A stretch of DNA of 63,736 bases, the filler included, from Octopus bimaculoides (Eukaryota): assembly GCF_001194135.2 (NCBI RefSeq). It is 7 parts of 6 records of this genome, joined end to end, with 100 filler letters (N's around TTAATTAATTAA, not from the genome) between each part and the next. Parts side by side here need not be neighbours in the genome. Positions count along the whole stretch, not along the records: positions 47,409 to 50,644 come from NC_068997.1; positions 50,745 to 62,606 come from NC_069006.1; 5 more parts are not named here. One strand, written 5' to 3'. Position numbers and translations under genes: made by a program. The notes beneath the pieces are model-generated. The model was not told the DNA's origin and did no database searches. It saw only the letters and a list, made by a program, of their open reading frames with translations. Positions within the stretch are counted from its first letter, which is position 1, and each line of letters begins with the position of its first letter. Positions 47,753 to 62,606 of this stretch are shown in pieces.

Positions 47753-49813
47753 TTAAGAGTCTACCGTAAACACAGATGTAAGTTAAAGAAGTTCATAATT
47801 GTGAGAGAAAGCGAGAGGGAGAAAGAGAGAGATGGTTTTGGGCTTTGTCTTTTAACATCAGACTCCACCTCACCCAGTTGATCCAGCCGGGGTTTATCAA
47901 GTCCCGATTAGCAACCTGGTACCACGAAACCACTGTTTTGTCCTCTTTATTCTAAAAGCCACCAAGTGGCCTTCTCTGCTATTGTGTTGACTGCTATCCG
48001 CGTCGTTTAAACACAATGGCTTGGAGGATGGAGGAAACAAATGCCACAAGGTATCGCATCTAACACCCTAATACCAGCGACCATTCATCTTCTTGGTTTG
48101 ATACTTACACATACATACGAGCACGCATGCTCACACACACACACACACACACATACATGCACAAACACACACGCACTCGCATGCATACACATATACACAC
48201 ATATACACACATATACACATATAAACACGCACACATAATTTAATAGTTGCCGTCAAATTACATCACTACTTGCAAGTATTGAGTACGTTTTTCACCGATT
48301 GAGGCAGTAGCTTTTGTTAATTACTCACACACACACACACACACACACACATACAGACAAACACACCACACACACACACACACACACACACAAGCATACA
48401 CACCCGCACATCCACACACATTTCTTCTTTCTCTTTCCTTCACTTTCTTTCTCGGTCTTTATATTACGATTCGTTTGTAATGTAATGTTTAAATATTGCA
48501 CTCATGTTTTCCTACTTAAACCTGCTCACACCATCCAATACCATCTTGCACCACTCTACACCTCCCTACATCACTCAAAAACCACCCGAGACCATCCAGT
48601 ACCACCCATATTGTAATACCCCGAATACATCCTCCATTCACCACAATCAACACCCTCCGCCTTTTCCTCCTCCTCCTCCCCCTCCCCCTCAACAACAACA
48701 ACAACAACAACAATAACAACAACAGCTGCAATAACAGCTGCAACAACAGCAACAACAAAACACCAACTGCAACAAGCGCCACACATACACACACAACCAA
48801 AGAGACAGACAACCGCGAACAAAAAAAAAAACAAAATTAAATTTTTAAAAATTAAAATTTTAGAAACTACATAAAAATGTTAAAAATGCTATTGGGATTA
48901 ATTAAAATAAACTATCTAAATAAATATACAAGACAAACCTAATTAATTAGTCAACTAAATTATAATTAATGTTTAACAAAATATGATTGGTCCAGACGGT
49001 AATGTAACATAAAAATTTTCATTAATCAATCATGATATCTCTTTCGGTATTGTAGTTGTTATTTTGAGTTTAATTTTTGCAGGCACTGCTTTGTAGTGGA
49101 ATCGGTAGCTCAGTGTGTCTAGAATGCGAATGTATGAGGTTAAAATCGGGTTGAAGAATGTCTTTCTTTTTTAGGATGAATGATTTGGCAAAGTCGGTAG
49201 ATTGGTAAACATGTCCTGAGTTCAAATTTCAAATCTCGCCGAGGTCGAATTTTGCCCTTCATCATCGGTGCAGGGTTTTTTTTTTTTTTTTTTTTTTTTN
49301 NNNNNNNNNNNNNNNNNNNNNNNNNNNNNNNNNNNNNNNNNNNNNNNNNNNNNNNNNNNNNNNNNNNNNNNNNNNNNNNNNNNNNNNNNNNNNNNNNNNN
49401 NNNNNNNNNNNNNNNNNNNNNNNNNNNNNNNNNNNNNNNNNNNNNNNNNNNNNNNNNNNNNNNNNNNNNNNNNNNNNNNNNNNNNNNNNNNNNNNNNNNN
49501 NNNNNNNNNNNNNNNNNNNNNNNNNNNNNNNNNNNNNNNNTATATAAACAAATAGTAAATGAGTATATGCATATATACGTACAGGTATGTGCATACCGAC
49601 ATCCACCTGTATGTATAGGTGCATATCTGGGTACAGAACATTGCAAGCAAAACGTAGACGAGAAAACACACAAGCCACATAGAGAACATTCTACTTCATC
49701 AGCTACCACATAAGTATATATATATATATATAAATATATATATGGTTGGAATTTACAAATAAACAAAAGACGAAGACAGGTGTATTAGTTTAAAGCTCGG
49801 GAAGGTGGGAAAG

Positions 49814-49851
49814 TCTTTTATGTTTGGGGCCTACGCTCTTCAACAGAAAGG
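49814..49851 (-). ncRNA. Degraded second copy of the CUGUUGA hammerhead motif
   Basis: CCUUU CUGUUGA A GAGCGUAGGCCC CAAACAU AAAAGA inside a repeat (~49750-49870) homologous to 1290-1460, following (TA)n. Confidence 0.45.
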
Positions 49852-50477
49852 AACACGAGAAAGTAAACAGAGTCCGCACGGAGTGCCGCTTTGAAGCTAG
49901 TTTATAAATAAAATGGAAGACAGTAAATTAATAGGAACTACTTTAATTCTTGTTTAGAAAGTTAGGTTTCATGATGCCTTTGTTGATGATTATTGCGCTA
50001 AGTTACCAAGAAGTTTCATAACCATGAGAGCTCGTGATTAAATTATTGCATCATCTTGAGTCAGTGGCTTTTACCTACAATAGCGTTGGGTTGACCGAGC
50101 CTTTGTGAGTGACAGAAACTGTATAGAAGCCTGTCGTATGTACAGTACCTGTAATTTAAATGTCCAACGTTCCCAGACATTATGTCATGCTGATTGTGAC
50201 TGAAAATTACGTTAAGAGGATTAGGTGCTTGTGAAATATGCAACCACAGAGCACGCTAATTCAATGAACATGTCACCCAGTTCATCGAAAAATATATAGT
50301 GACCCACACGCCGAAATGGACGGGAGAGTCCATAGTCATCGTCACTGAATTCTGTGGAACTTCAGTTTCTTTGGTGGACTTGGTTCCGATAGGATTTTTT
50401 TAATTATAAATTTTAAGAAAATATATTTCTTTTGTTCATTAATGTGTGTGTGTGTGTGTGTTACAACTGGCAGTAGA

Positions 50478-50531
<54 letters not shown>

Positions 50532-51603
50532 AGGTGGGGCGGTGACAGTGATGGTGCTAGTAACAGTTCGACATGTGGAAGCTGCGTTCCATCGCGGGCC
50601 TCACTTTTGATTTTTATAAAATTTGCATTATATGTTGCGGTGATNNNNNNNNNNNNNNNNNNNNNNNNNNNNNNNNNNNNNNNNNNNNTTAATTAATTAA
50701 NNNNNNNNNNNNNNNNNNNNNNNNNNNNNNNNNNNNNNNNNNNNTATATATATATATATATATATTATGTGTGTGTGTGTCTGTGTTTGTATGTGTGCGT
50801 ATATTTGGGTGTGTATGTATATGACTGTCAATGTATGTTTGTTTGTGTATGTTTGTATGCATGTATATTATAAACACAAACACTCATATCGATCCTTTGA
50901 TACATATATCCCTGCTGGTTGGGTTCATTACTTTAAAAAAAAAAATGCCGCCTTTGTCTCTTTTCTAGTCATTGTCTCTTGTTTGTTTTCATGTTGATGT
51001 TGATGTTAGTGTCTTTATAGTCGTATAAAAGTTATGACGCATTTTCAATTATTATCCACATTGTACATATGGATTAAAAGCAAACCCAACTTTTCTATTT
51101 ATTATCATCGCCATTATTATTATTATTATTATCATTATTATTATTATTATTACTATCGGTGTTATAGTTTTTTTTATTTCCATACTCTAAAGTAGGACTT
51201 AAAACGACGCACGGTAAAAGCGAATATCAAAACGGAATGGCTGCAAAAACGATAAAACAAATCAAAATGTAGCGAAATAGCAATGAAAAGAACCCTCCCC
51301 GCTATACAGAGAGGAGAAAAAACACAAAACAAAGGGTAAAAAAGGTAATATAATAACGGTGAATTATAATAACTACAACCAAAACGAAAACGAAAGGGAA
51401 AGATATATATATATACACACATATACATATATACACGTACAAAATATGTCGGTTTATTTATTAATTTTTTTTTCAAAATGCCCGCCTTTGTAGAAATATT
51501 AATAAACTGTTATATTTCCTCTTAACTTCTCTGTTCCTATGTAATAAACAACTGAAAGCTATCGTAGGATGGAAGTAGTAAGAGAGAAGTAGGGAGGAGC
51601 AGA

Positions 51604-51659
<56 letters not shown>

Positions 51660-52085
51660 AGGAGGNNNNNNNNNNNNNNNNNNNNNNNNNNNNNNNNNNN
51701 NNNNNNNNNNNNNNNNNNNNNNNNNNNNNNNNNNNNNNNNNNNNNNNNNNNNNNNNNNNNNNNNNNNNNNNNNNNNNNNNNNNNNNNNNNNNNNNNNNNN
51801 NNNNNNNNNNNNNNNNNNNNNNNNNNNNNNNNNNNNNNNNNNNNNNNNNNNNNNNNNNNNNNNNNNNNNNNNNNNNNNNNNNNNNNNNNNNNNNNNNNNN
51901 NNNNNNNNNNNNNNNNNNNNNNNNNNNNNNNNNNNNNNNNNNNNNNNNNNNNNNNNNNNNNNNNNNNNNNNNNNNNNNNNNNNNNNNNNNNNNNNNNNNN
52001 NNNNNNNNNNNNNNNNNNNNNNNNNNNNNNNNNNNNNNNNNNNNNNNNNNNNNNNNNNNNNNNNNNNNNNNNNNNNNNNNNNNNN

Positions 52086-52140
<55 letters not shown>

Positions 52141-52712
52141 AGGAGGGAGAAAGAGGGCGAGACAAGGCGGGAGAGAGAAAGCGGTACAAGGAGAAAATGT
52201 GAGAGGAAAATTGCTAGATTATAATTTAGTAACCAGAAAACATTGCCTGAAAGAAACGGCTCGTATACACTCGGGCTCACTCATTCTTCTAAATACACAC
52301 GCGTACATATATACATACCTACATATATACAGGCACACAAACATACACACACACATACATGTAAACACATACACACATACATATATAGACACATACATAA
52401 CTAAGCATAAAGCTATATGAATGTGTGTGTGTATGCATATCTTGAATCAAATAACTTGCATATACGATAAAAGCTGTTGGTCTCCGATTTAATATATGTG
52501 TTTGTACCTACCTCTTTAGGAAGGGGTATGATCTGTGCTGATAGCGATTTACACATATACATATACACATACGCACACATATACATATATACAAATATCT
52601 ATATAGTATAGAAATATGTGTGTGTGTGTTTATTATACTGTGTGTGTCAATATATAAATACATACAAACACACACACACACACACTAACACATATACATG
52701 CCTATATATATA

Positions 52713-52757
<45 letters not shown>

Positions 52758-53640
52758 GTGCGTGTGTGTGTATACATACTTACGTGTATACTTATATGAA
52801 TTCACCTAAGTGTTCACAACGTTTGCTGAGCTATTTTATCGTACAATGTAATACAGAGTTTTAAGCCATTTTAAATGAGGGCGAACCAGACTGCATTTGC
52901 GATGTTTCAAAAACGAAAAACGGTGTTACATTACATTAAAATGGATGTGTACCAATTCCTTNNNNNNNNNNNNNNNNNNNNNNNNNNNNNNNNNNNNNNN
53001 NNNNNNNNNNNNNNNNNNNNNNNNNNNNNNNNNNNNNNNNNNNNNNNNNNNNNNNNNNNNNNNNNNNNNNNNNNNNNNNNNNNNNNNNNNNNNNNNNNNN
53101 NNNNNNNNNNNNNNNNNNNNNNNNNNNNNNNNNNNNNNNNNNNNNNNNNNNNNNNNNNNNNNNNNNNNNNNNNNNNNNNNNNNNNNNNNNNNNNNNNNNN
53201 NNNNNNNNNNNNNNNNNNNNNNNNNNNNNNNNNNNNNNNNNNNNNNNNNNNNNNNNNNNNNNNNNNNNNNNNNNNNNNNNNNNNNNNNNNNNNNNNNNNN
53301 NNNNNNNNNNNNNNNNNNNNNNNNNNNNNNNNNNNNNNNNNNNNNNNNNNNNNNNNNNNNNNNNNNNNNNNNNNNNNNNNNNNNNNNNNNNNNNNNNNNN
53401 NNNNNNNNNNNNNNNNNNNNNNNNNNNNNNNNNNNNNNNNNNNNNNNNNNNNNNNNNNNNNNNNNNNNNNNNNNNNNNNNNNNNNNNNNNNNNNNNNNNN
53501 NNNNNNNNNNNNNNNNNNNNNNNNNNNNNNNNNNNNNNNNNNNNNNNNNNNNNNNNNNNNNNNNNNNNNNNNNNATATATAAATACATACAAACACACAC
53601 ACACACACACTAACACATATACATGCCTATATATATATGC

Positions 53641-53672
<32 letters not shown>

Positions 53673-53989
53673 ATACAAATATATATACAGGTATTTGTGT
53701 GCATAACAGAAATCCTCAACACTCACATGTATACATATGCAGATTGTTTACGGGTACATACAGCATACACGTACGTGTACACACACACACGCACACCCTA
53801 CGCGTGTGTGTATACGCGTCTGCGTATATGTATGTATGTGCATGCCTGCTTGTGTTGGAGTATGCGTGCATCCGTATTCCCAGGACCTATTGAAGTGTTA
53901 TGGCCATATGCTTTATCGATTTCCAATTTCATTCTCTATATGAAAGGAATACGTTTTAGCGAAGGCAAGAGAAAGAAAATTGATAGCTG

Positions 53990-54014
53990 AATACCGACAA
54001 CAACAACAACAACA

Positions 54015-54078
<64 letters not shown>

Positions 54079-54257
54079 TTACTACTACTACTACTACTAC
54101 TACTGCAAGAACAAGCACATTTGCAACAATTGCAGCAACAAGTAATGGTACTGATGATGATGATGATGATGATAATAATAATAATAACTACAACGACAAC
54201 AACAGAAGCAACAATGATAAAAATAAAAATAGTAATAATACTAATAATAATAATAGC

Positions 54258-54315
<58 letters not shown>

Positions 54316-54393
54316 TCAAAAACAATAAGAATATTTATAAAATAATAACAGCCACAACAAAACAAAATAACAACAACAATAATAATAATGATG

Positions 54394-54453
<60 letters not shown>

Positions 54454-54623
54454 GCGACAGGGAAACAATATTAGCAATGACAGCACTAACAACAATATTA
54501 ACAAAAACAAACGCAAGAATATCATGAACAACGAGAAGAACACTATTATTATGAATACTACTACAACTACTACTGATGATAACAACAACAAAACAACAAC
54601 AACAACAACAACAGCAACAACAC

Positions 54624-54684
<61 letters not shown>

Positions 54685-54703
54685 TATAATAATAGTAATA
54701 ATG

Positions 54704-54743
<40 letters not shown>

Positions 54744-54795
54744 TAATGATAATAATAATAATGATAATAATAATAATAACAATAATAATAATAAC

Positions 54796-54867
<72 letters not shown>

Positions 54868-55063
54868 GAGGTGGAGGAGGAGGGCAAACTGAGGATGTTC
54901 ATTGAGATGATGATGATGGATATGATGCTGATATTAATAACAACAACAAAGCGACAACAACACCAGCAATAATAATAAGAACATTTGTAGTAGTAGTAGA
55001 AGTAGTAGTAAAAATAATTGTAACAACAACACCAATAATAGTGATGATGATGATAATGACGAC

Positions 55064-55115
<52 letters not shown>

Positions 55116-55191
55116 ACAGTATCCGTAAAAGTAAGCTTGCTAATAATATGAATTATGAAAGTATGACATCAACAACTGCAGCGAGAGCAGC

Positions 55192-55231
<40 letters not shown>

Positions 55232-55506
55232 TCAATAATAACAATAGCAACAACAACAACAGCAACAACAATAATGACAAGAACAAGAACAACAACAACA
55301 TCAACAACAACGACAGCAAAATTAATAATAATAACAACAACAACAACAACAATAATAATAATAACAATAATGACAATAACAACAATAATAGTGACATAAT
55401 AAAAAAACATAAATAATAATAATAATAATAATGCTAATAATAGGTCTACACGGGCAATAAGATCAACAATAGAAAAAGCAACAGGAACAATAACAACAAC
55501 AACAAC

Positions 55507-55544
<38 letters not shown>

Positions 55545-55558
55545 TAATAATAATAATG

Positions 55559-55601
<43 letters not shown>

Positions 55602-55630
55602 AAACAATAACAACAACAACAATAATAATG

Positions 55631-55699
<69 letters not shown>

Positions 55700-56032
55700 G
55701 TGACATAATAAAAAACCCATAAATAATATTGATAATAATACTGAAGGTATTAACAAAAACAGCATTATGTGTGTAGAGTAGTCATAATAATGGTAATGAC
55801 TGAGGAATGAGAATTTTTTTCCCCCTTTTTTCAACGATGAAGAAGTTTCGAAGTATAAAATAGACATGTGGAACAACAATTTGAATAACAAGGGCGAAGA
55901 AGACGATGTCGAAGGGAGATAACAGAGGAAATATATATACATACATACATAGATACATACATGCATATATATATATATCTATATATATCTATATCTATTT
56001 ATCAATCTATCTATATATATATGTATATATGT

Positions 56033-56080
<48 letters not shown>

Positions 56081-56321
56081 GTAGTAGAAATAAAGAAAGT
56101 GACAAAGTAATATGAATAAAATATATATAAAGTAATAAGATAAATAATGTGAATAAATAAGATAACATAATAGAAATGCTATAAATAAATAAATAAATAT
56201 ATATATATATATATAAAATAACAAAAAAAAATATATGTAAACAAACAAATAAATAACGATTGTAAAGATGCTAAATAGGAACTAAAATTTTACAATGAAG
56301 AAAGCAACAACAATAATACCA

Positions 56322-56403
<82 letters not shown>

Positions 56404-56497
56404 TGACTGTAGTAACAAGCATGATTATGATGATGATGATATAATAACAATAATAATAATGACAATAATAATAATAATATTAATAATAATAATAATA

Positions 56498-56540
<43 letters not shown>

Positions 56541-56884
56541 TAGTAATAATAATATTCATAATAATAAAATGGCGGCGGAAACGAAGGGATAAAAACTAAT
56601 GAATAAACATAAATAAAACAAAAATTCTCGCTTCGTTCCAATGATTTACTTGAAATAAAAATGGAGGGAGAGAAAAAAAAAGCGGCAAGTAAGTCGATAG
56701 TGAAAGTAAATGTGAAACAGAAAGGCAAAATAAAAAAAATAGAATAAATGTAAAAGAAACAAAAACAAATATGAATGTAGTAAGACGGGAGAAATAAATG
56801 AAAATGGAGGTGGAAGGAAATAATGAAAGAGTGCGCAGGTGTGAGAAATACAGACCCCCCACATATATATGCATATAGAAGCAA

Positions 56885-56926
<42 letters not shown>

Positions 56927-57649
56927 NNNNNNNNNNNNNNNNNNNNNNNNNNNNNNNNNNNNNNNNNNNNNNNNNNNNNNNNNNNNNNNNNNNNNNNNNN
57001 NNNNNNNNNNNNNNNNNNNNNNNNNNNNNNNNNNNNNNNNNNNNNNNNNNNNNNNNNNNNNNNNNNNNNNNNNNNNNNNNNNNNNNNNNNNNNNNNNNNN
57101 NNNNNNNNNNNNNNNNNNNNNNNNNNNNNNNNNNNNNNNNNNNNNNNNNNNNNNNNNNNNNNNNNNNNNNNNNNNNNNNNNNNNNNNNNNNNNNNNNNNN
57201 NNNNNNNNNNNNNNNNNNNNNNNNNNNNNNNNNNNNNNNNNNNNNNNNNNNNNNNNNNNNNNNNNNNNNNNNNNNNNNNNNNNNNNNNNNNNTATATATA
57301 TATATATATATATATATATTACATATGAACATAACAATTCTCTATATGTATATATGTGTGTATATATATGTATGCATGCTAAACACACTTGTGTGCACAA
57401 GCGGATGAGGATTGAGAGGATGGTGAGCGACGAAAAAGGAGGGGTAGAGGGAGTATATGTGACCATGTATAATAGTCGGGAAGATGATAGTGATGAGGAT
57501 GATGACGACGACCATGATGATGCTGACAATGAGGTTGAGGAGAAAGCGAGAAGGATGATGATGACTGGAAGAGTGAAGTAATGTCAATGTATTTTGATAG
57601 AATTATACTCGCATACAAGTAAGAAGGAACCGGAGAGAGAAGAAATAAA

Positions 57650-57701
<52 letters not shown>

Positions 57702-58021
57702 ACATAAAGAGAATAAAACCCCGAGGATTGAAACTATGACGGGTGGAGAAAGAAAGAGGGAAGAAAGAGAGCTGTCGGGAAGAAATAAAGAATAAGCAAA
57801 GAAAAGGAATAATGGAGAAGAAGGAAATTAAGGAAATAGATGAAAGAGTTGTGTTTTTTTTAGGAATAATAAAAAGAAGCGGGAAATTTACGAAATAACT
57901 GAAATAATGACAAGAAAGAGATGGAGAGAAGATGAAAAAAAGGAAAAAAAAACCCCCAAAAAACTAAAAAGATGAAAATAACAAAGAGAAGAAAAAGCAG
58001 AGAACTGTTGACTATAAAGAG

Positions 58022-58072
<51 letters not shown>

Positions 58073-58213
58073 GTTGCTGCTGCTGCTTCTACAGTTATTA
58101 CTGCTACTACTTTTCTCATTGCTATTACTGTTAGTAATAACAATAATGGCGATAATAACAACATTAGCAATAGTATTAATGATGATGATGATGATAATAA
58201 TAATAATAATAAT

Positions 58214-58265
<52 letters not shown>

Positions 58266-58389
58266 GTAATAATAATGGTAATACAAATATTGTTGGTCTT
58301 AATGACAAAATCAAAATCATCATTATCAACGACAACAGCAATGGCGGCAACAACAACAACAACAACGACAATAATGATGATGATGATAT

Positions 58390-58439
<50 letters not shown>

Positions 58440-58476
58440 ATAATAATAATAATAAAATAATAATAAAATAAAAAAA

Positions 58477-58526
<50 letters not shown>

Positions 58527-58600
58527 TAATAATAAAATAATTAAAAAAAAAATAATAATGATAATAATGATAATGATAATGATAATAATAAGAGATGGAG
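53990..58600. repeat. Compound trinucleotide microsatellite field (AAT, AAC, ACT, GAT) with strong A-rich strand bias
   Basis: Directly visible; source of the poly-I/L/Y/T pseudo-ORFs. Confidence 0.95.
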
Positions 58601-59654
58601 GAAAAGCATTGATGAGAAAGCAGAATGAAAAGGAGCAGAATTAGACGAAGAGGAAAAAGTAGACGATAACGACGGAGAAGAAGAAGAAGAAGAAGAAGGG
58701 AAACGGTGATGATAATGATGATGGTGAAGGTGTAGAGAATAGAAAAAAAGAATGAGAAGGAAGATTAAAAGATCGGGAAGTGGGTGGGGTTGTTGAGAGA
58801 GGAAGAGGGTTGGTGGAGAGGATATAAGTGGTCGGGACTTTGACTGTATGATTTGTGGAGTGAGGGAGTGTCGGCTCCAATAAAATATCGATTGCAAAAG
58901 GATAAGCACCTAGTGATAATGATGCAGATGTGAATTATATATGGTGCTGATCGATCAACAAATTAAAATGCAACTAAAAAGAAATGCCGCATGAATCAGA
59001 TGTAACGCTTGAAGTGCATTCCTGGATTTTGAAACAGAGAAGATGCTGCGTATATGAGGCAACAAAGAAGCTTGGATGCGTAATGTGCATTGCTGGAGCT
59101 GCTGCTCATCAAGTGGAACTTATATGCAGCACAAACCGTGAATTATTGCAGGTGCAAAACACATGGTAATTCGCTAAATGTGCAACATATAAAATGCAAC
59201 ACAACGTACATCGGATATTATGTATGTGCAACAAATAATGTAAAACAAATACGGAGCAACAGATATCGTGAATTATTAATGAATGTGCAGTAGAGTAGGT
59301 GCATCAGAGAAGATGGATTACAGATGTTGCAGCGTTAGAGGTGCATCGCACAAAGTTTTATCACTTAAGCTGCAAGACAAGGTGGAACCTGTTACGCAAA
59401 ACACAAAGCTGCATTATTGAGTGAATACAATCCGAGGAGCTGTTTATTAAGTGAAATGCATAATATGAAGATCATAAAATGTATCAGATATGTGCAGCAT
59501 TTTGCAGATGCAATACACATGATTACGTACATAATACAAAACAAAAACACATCAAGAGAGTTTATATTACATGAATATATGCAACACGTAGGAAACAGTA
59601 AATAATATCGAAATAATTCTTTCTACTATATGCACAAAGATAGAATTTCCGGAG

Positions 59655-60290
59655 GAGGAAGCCAGTCGATTATATTGTCTCCTCTGCTCAACTGGCACTT
59701 ATTTCATCAACCCCGAAAGAATGAAAGGAATGGCGTTAAGCGATTTTTGCAGCGTACTAATGATTCTTTTCTGCTCTAGGCACAAGACCCGAATTTCTTT
59801 TGGAGAAGGATGGGGGCTGTCGATTAGATCGACTCCAGTACGCTACTGGTACGTAATTTTTCGTCCCCCAAAGGATGAAAGGCAAAGTCGACCTCGGTGG
59901 AATGTGAACTCAGAACGTAAAGACAGACGTAGCGGCAGACGAAATACCGCTAAGCATTTCGCTCGGCGTGCTAACGTTTCTTATTTCTTTATTGCCCACA
60001 AGGGGCTAAACATAGAGAGACCAAACAAGGACAGACAAAGGGATTAAGTCGATTACATCGACCCCAGTGCGTAACTGGTACTTAATTTATCGACCCCGAA
60101 AGAATGAAAGGTGAAGTCGGCCTCGGCGGAATTTAAAATCAGAACGTAAACACAGACGAAATACCGCAAGCATTTCGCCCAGCGTGCTGATGTTTCTTAT
60201 CTCTTTATTGCCTACAAGGGGCTAAACATAGAGTGAGCAAACAAGGACAGAGAAAGGGATTAAGTCGGGCGTGCTAACGATAGTGAGAGC
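59655..60290 (-). mobile_element. Head-to-tail cluster of SINE family B units, CpG retained
   Basis: Repeated ATCGACCCCGAAAG.ATGAAAGG..AAGTCG.CCTCGG; the junction CGTGCT.A.GTTTCTTAT.TCTTTATTGCC.ACAAGGGG recurs ~216 bp apart. Confidence 0.8.
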
Positions 60291-60971
60291 TTATCAATTT
60301 CATTGTTTCAGATTTTGAAACATGGCCTGTGATTTTGAAAAAGGTTACGTCGATCACATTAACCCCAGTGCCTAACTTGTACATATTTTAGAGAAAGGAT
60401 GAAAAATATTGTCGGACGCTGTGGTCTTTGAACCTACATCGAAAAGACCTGGAAGAAATGTCGCAAGGAATTTTGTCCTACGTGCCAAACATTCTGCCAG
60501 CTAATCGCCTTAAATACAAAATAATGATGGCGAATTTTAGGACGTGCAACAGAGAATCTGCACCCCGAATACAATTGCATATAGAGTGCATCACATAGCG
60601 CGCTGCCGGGAGATGAATAACCCCAACCACTAAGACACGAGACTTCACCAGAAATGATATACGATAAGAATGACATACATTACAATATGTAGTTCACTTG
60701 ATAAATTGTAGCATTGGAGGTGCAACTGATAAAGTTCAGGTCCTTCCGTGTGGAAGACATGTGTTGCGAGGAATATAGACTAACTTATAATTGTACATAA
60801 GAAGGGGAAATAAAAAAAATATGCGCCATGGATTTCAGGTTTCAGCAAAGATTTTATAAATTTTTCTGTGAGTTTGTAGTGTCTTTTTTTTGTTTTGTTA
60901 TTCTTGATGTCATAACATATTTGCTGCTGTTGTTGGTGGTGGTGGTGGTGATGATGATGTTAACGATGTGA

Positions 60972-61099
60972 CTGCTGCCGCTGCTGCCGCTGCTGCCGCT
61001 GCTGCCGCTGCTGCCGCTGCTGCCGCTGCTGCCGCTGCTGCCGCTGCTGCCGCTGCTGCCGCTGCTGCCGCTGCTGCCGCTGCTGCCGCTGCTGCCGCT
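60972..61099. repeat. Perfect (CTGCTGCCG)n 9-bp repeat, ~14 units
   Basis: Directly visible, followed by (ACT/ACC)n and (AAT)n. Confidence 0.95.
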
Positions 61100-61179
61100 A
61101 CAACTACTACTACTACTACTACCACCACCACCACCACCACTACTAATACTACTACTACTACTACCATTATTATTATTCC

Positions 61180-61233
<54 letters not shown>

Positions 61234-61241
61234 TGATGATG

Positions 61242-61291
<50 letters not shown>

Positions 61292-62067
61292 TAAAATGAA
61301 GCTCGTGATGATGGCGACGAGGACGACGATTTATGCTGATGTGAATAATAATGATTATTATTATGACGACAAGGAAAACGATGATGCTNNNNNNNNNNNN
61401 NNNNNNNNNNNNNNNNNNNNNNNNNNNNNNNNNNNNNNNNNNNNNNNNNNNNNNNNNNNNNNNNNNNNNNNNNNNNNNNNNNNNNNNNNNNNNNNNNNNN
61501 NNNNNNNNNNNNNNNNNNNNNNNNNNNNNNNNNNNNNNNNNNNNNNNNNNNNNNNNNNNNNNNNNNNNNNNNNNNNNNNNNNNNNNNNNNNNNNNNNNNN
61601 NNNNNNNNNNNNNNNNNNNNNNNNNNNNNNNNNNNNNNNNNNNNNNNNNNNNNNNNNNNNNNNNNNNNNNNNNNNNNNNNNNNNNNNNNNNNNNNNNNNN
61701 NNNNNNNNNNNNNNNNNNNNNNNNNNNNNNNNNNNNNNNNNNNNNNNNNNNNNNNNNNNNNNNNNNNNNNNNNNNNNNNNNNNNNNNNNNNNNNNNNNNN
61801 NNNNNNNNNNNNNNNNNNNNNNNNNNNNNNNNNNNNNNNNNNNNNNNNNNNNNNNNNNNNNNNNNNNNNNNNNNNNNNNNNNNNNNNNNNNNNNNNNNNN
61901 NNNNNNNNNNNNNNNNNNNNNNNNNNNNNNNNNNNNNNATATGTGTATGAACAGACACACATAAAAATGCTTTGAATATTCAATAACGTACGACTGTAAA
62001 GAGGAATATAAAACAGGCAAAGTGTATAATCATAATTTTTTTTTTTGAAAATGTGATAATGATAATA

Positions 62068-62150
<83 letters not shown>

Positions 62151-62491
62151 TAATAATGATAAGAACACCAATAAAAAGAAGTGTAATAATGATAGCTATA
62201 GTATTAACGGGAAATAAAATCAATATTTTATGGGAAATCAAACTACAAAATATAAAGTGAATGGTGTAGCATTTTCACACACACACATACACACAAATAC
62301 ACACACACGCACGCACTCGCACACATGCATATGTATATAGACACTTTCATACATACATACATATATACATGTGCCAGTGTCTGTATGTGTGTATACATAT
62401 ATATATATATATATATGAATGTATATATAGACATACAAAGAGGCATACATTTACAAACGCTTACAAACGCCAACACACCATCCAGAGGCAT

Positions 62492-62523
<32 letters not shown>

Positions 62524-62545
62524 CATACATACATACATACATACC

Positions 62546-62606
<61 letters not shown>

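Noticed and set aside
56566-56576. YY1-like AAAATGGCGGC (a similar CGCCATTTTG lies at ~13279)
   Set aside because: Isolated motif in low-complexity DNA; the ORF stops after 7 codons; no other promoter features.
60968-61294. Poly-Ala/Thr/Asn ORF as a homopolymer-rich protein exon
   Set aside because: Made only of abutting triplet repeats, with no splice signals or unique coding sequence.
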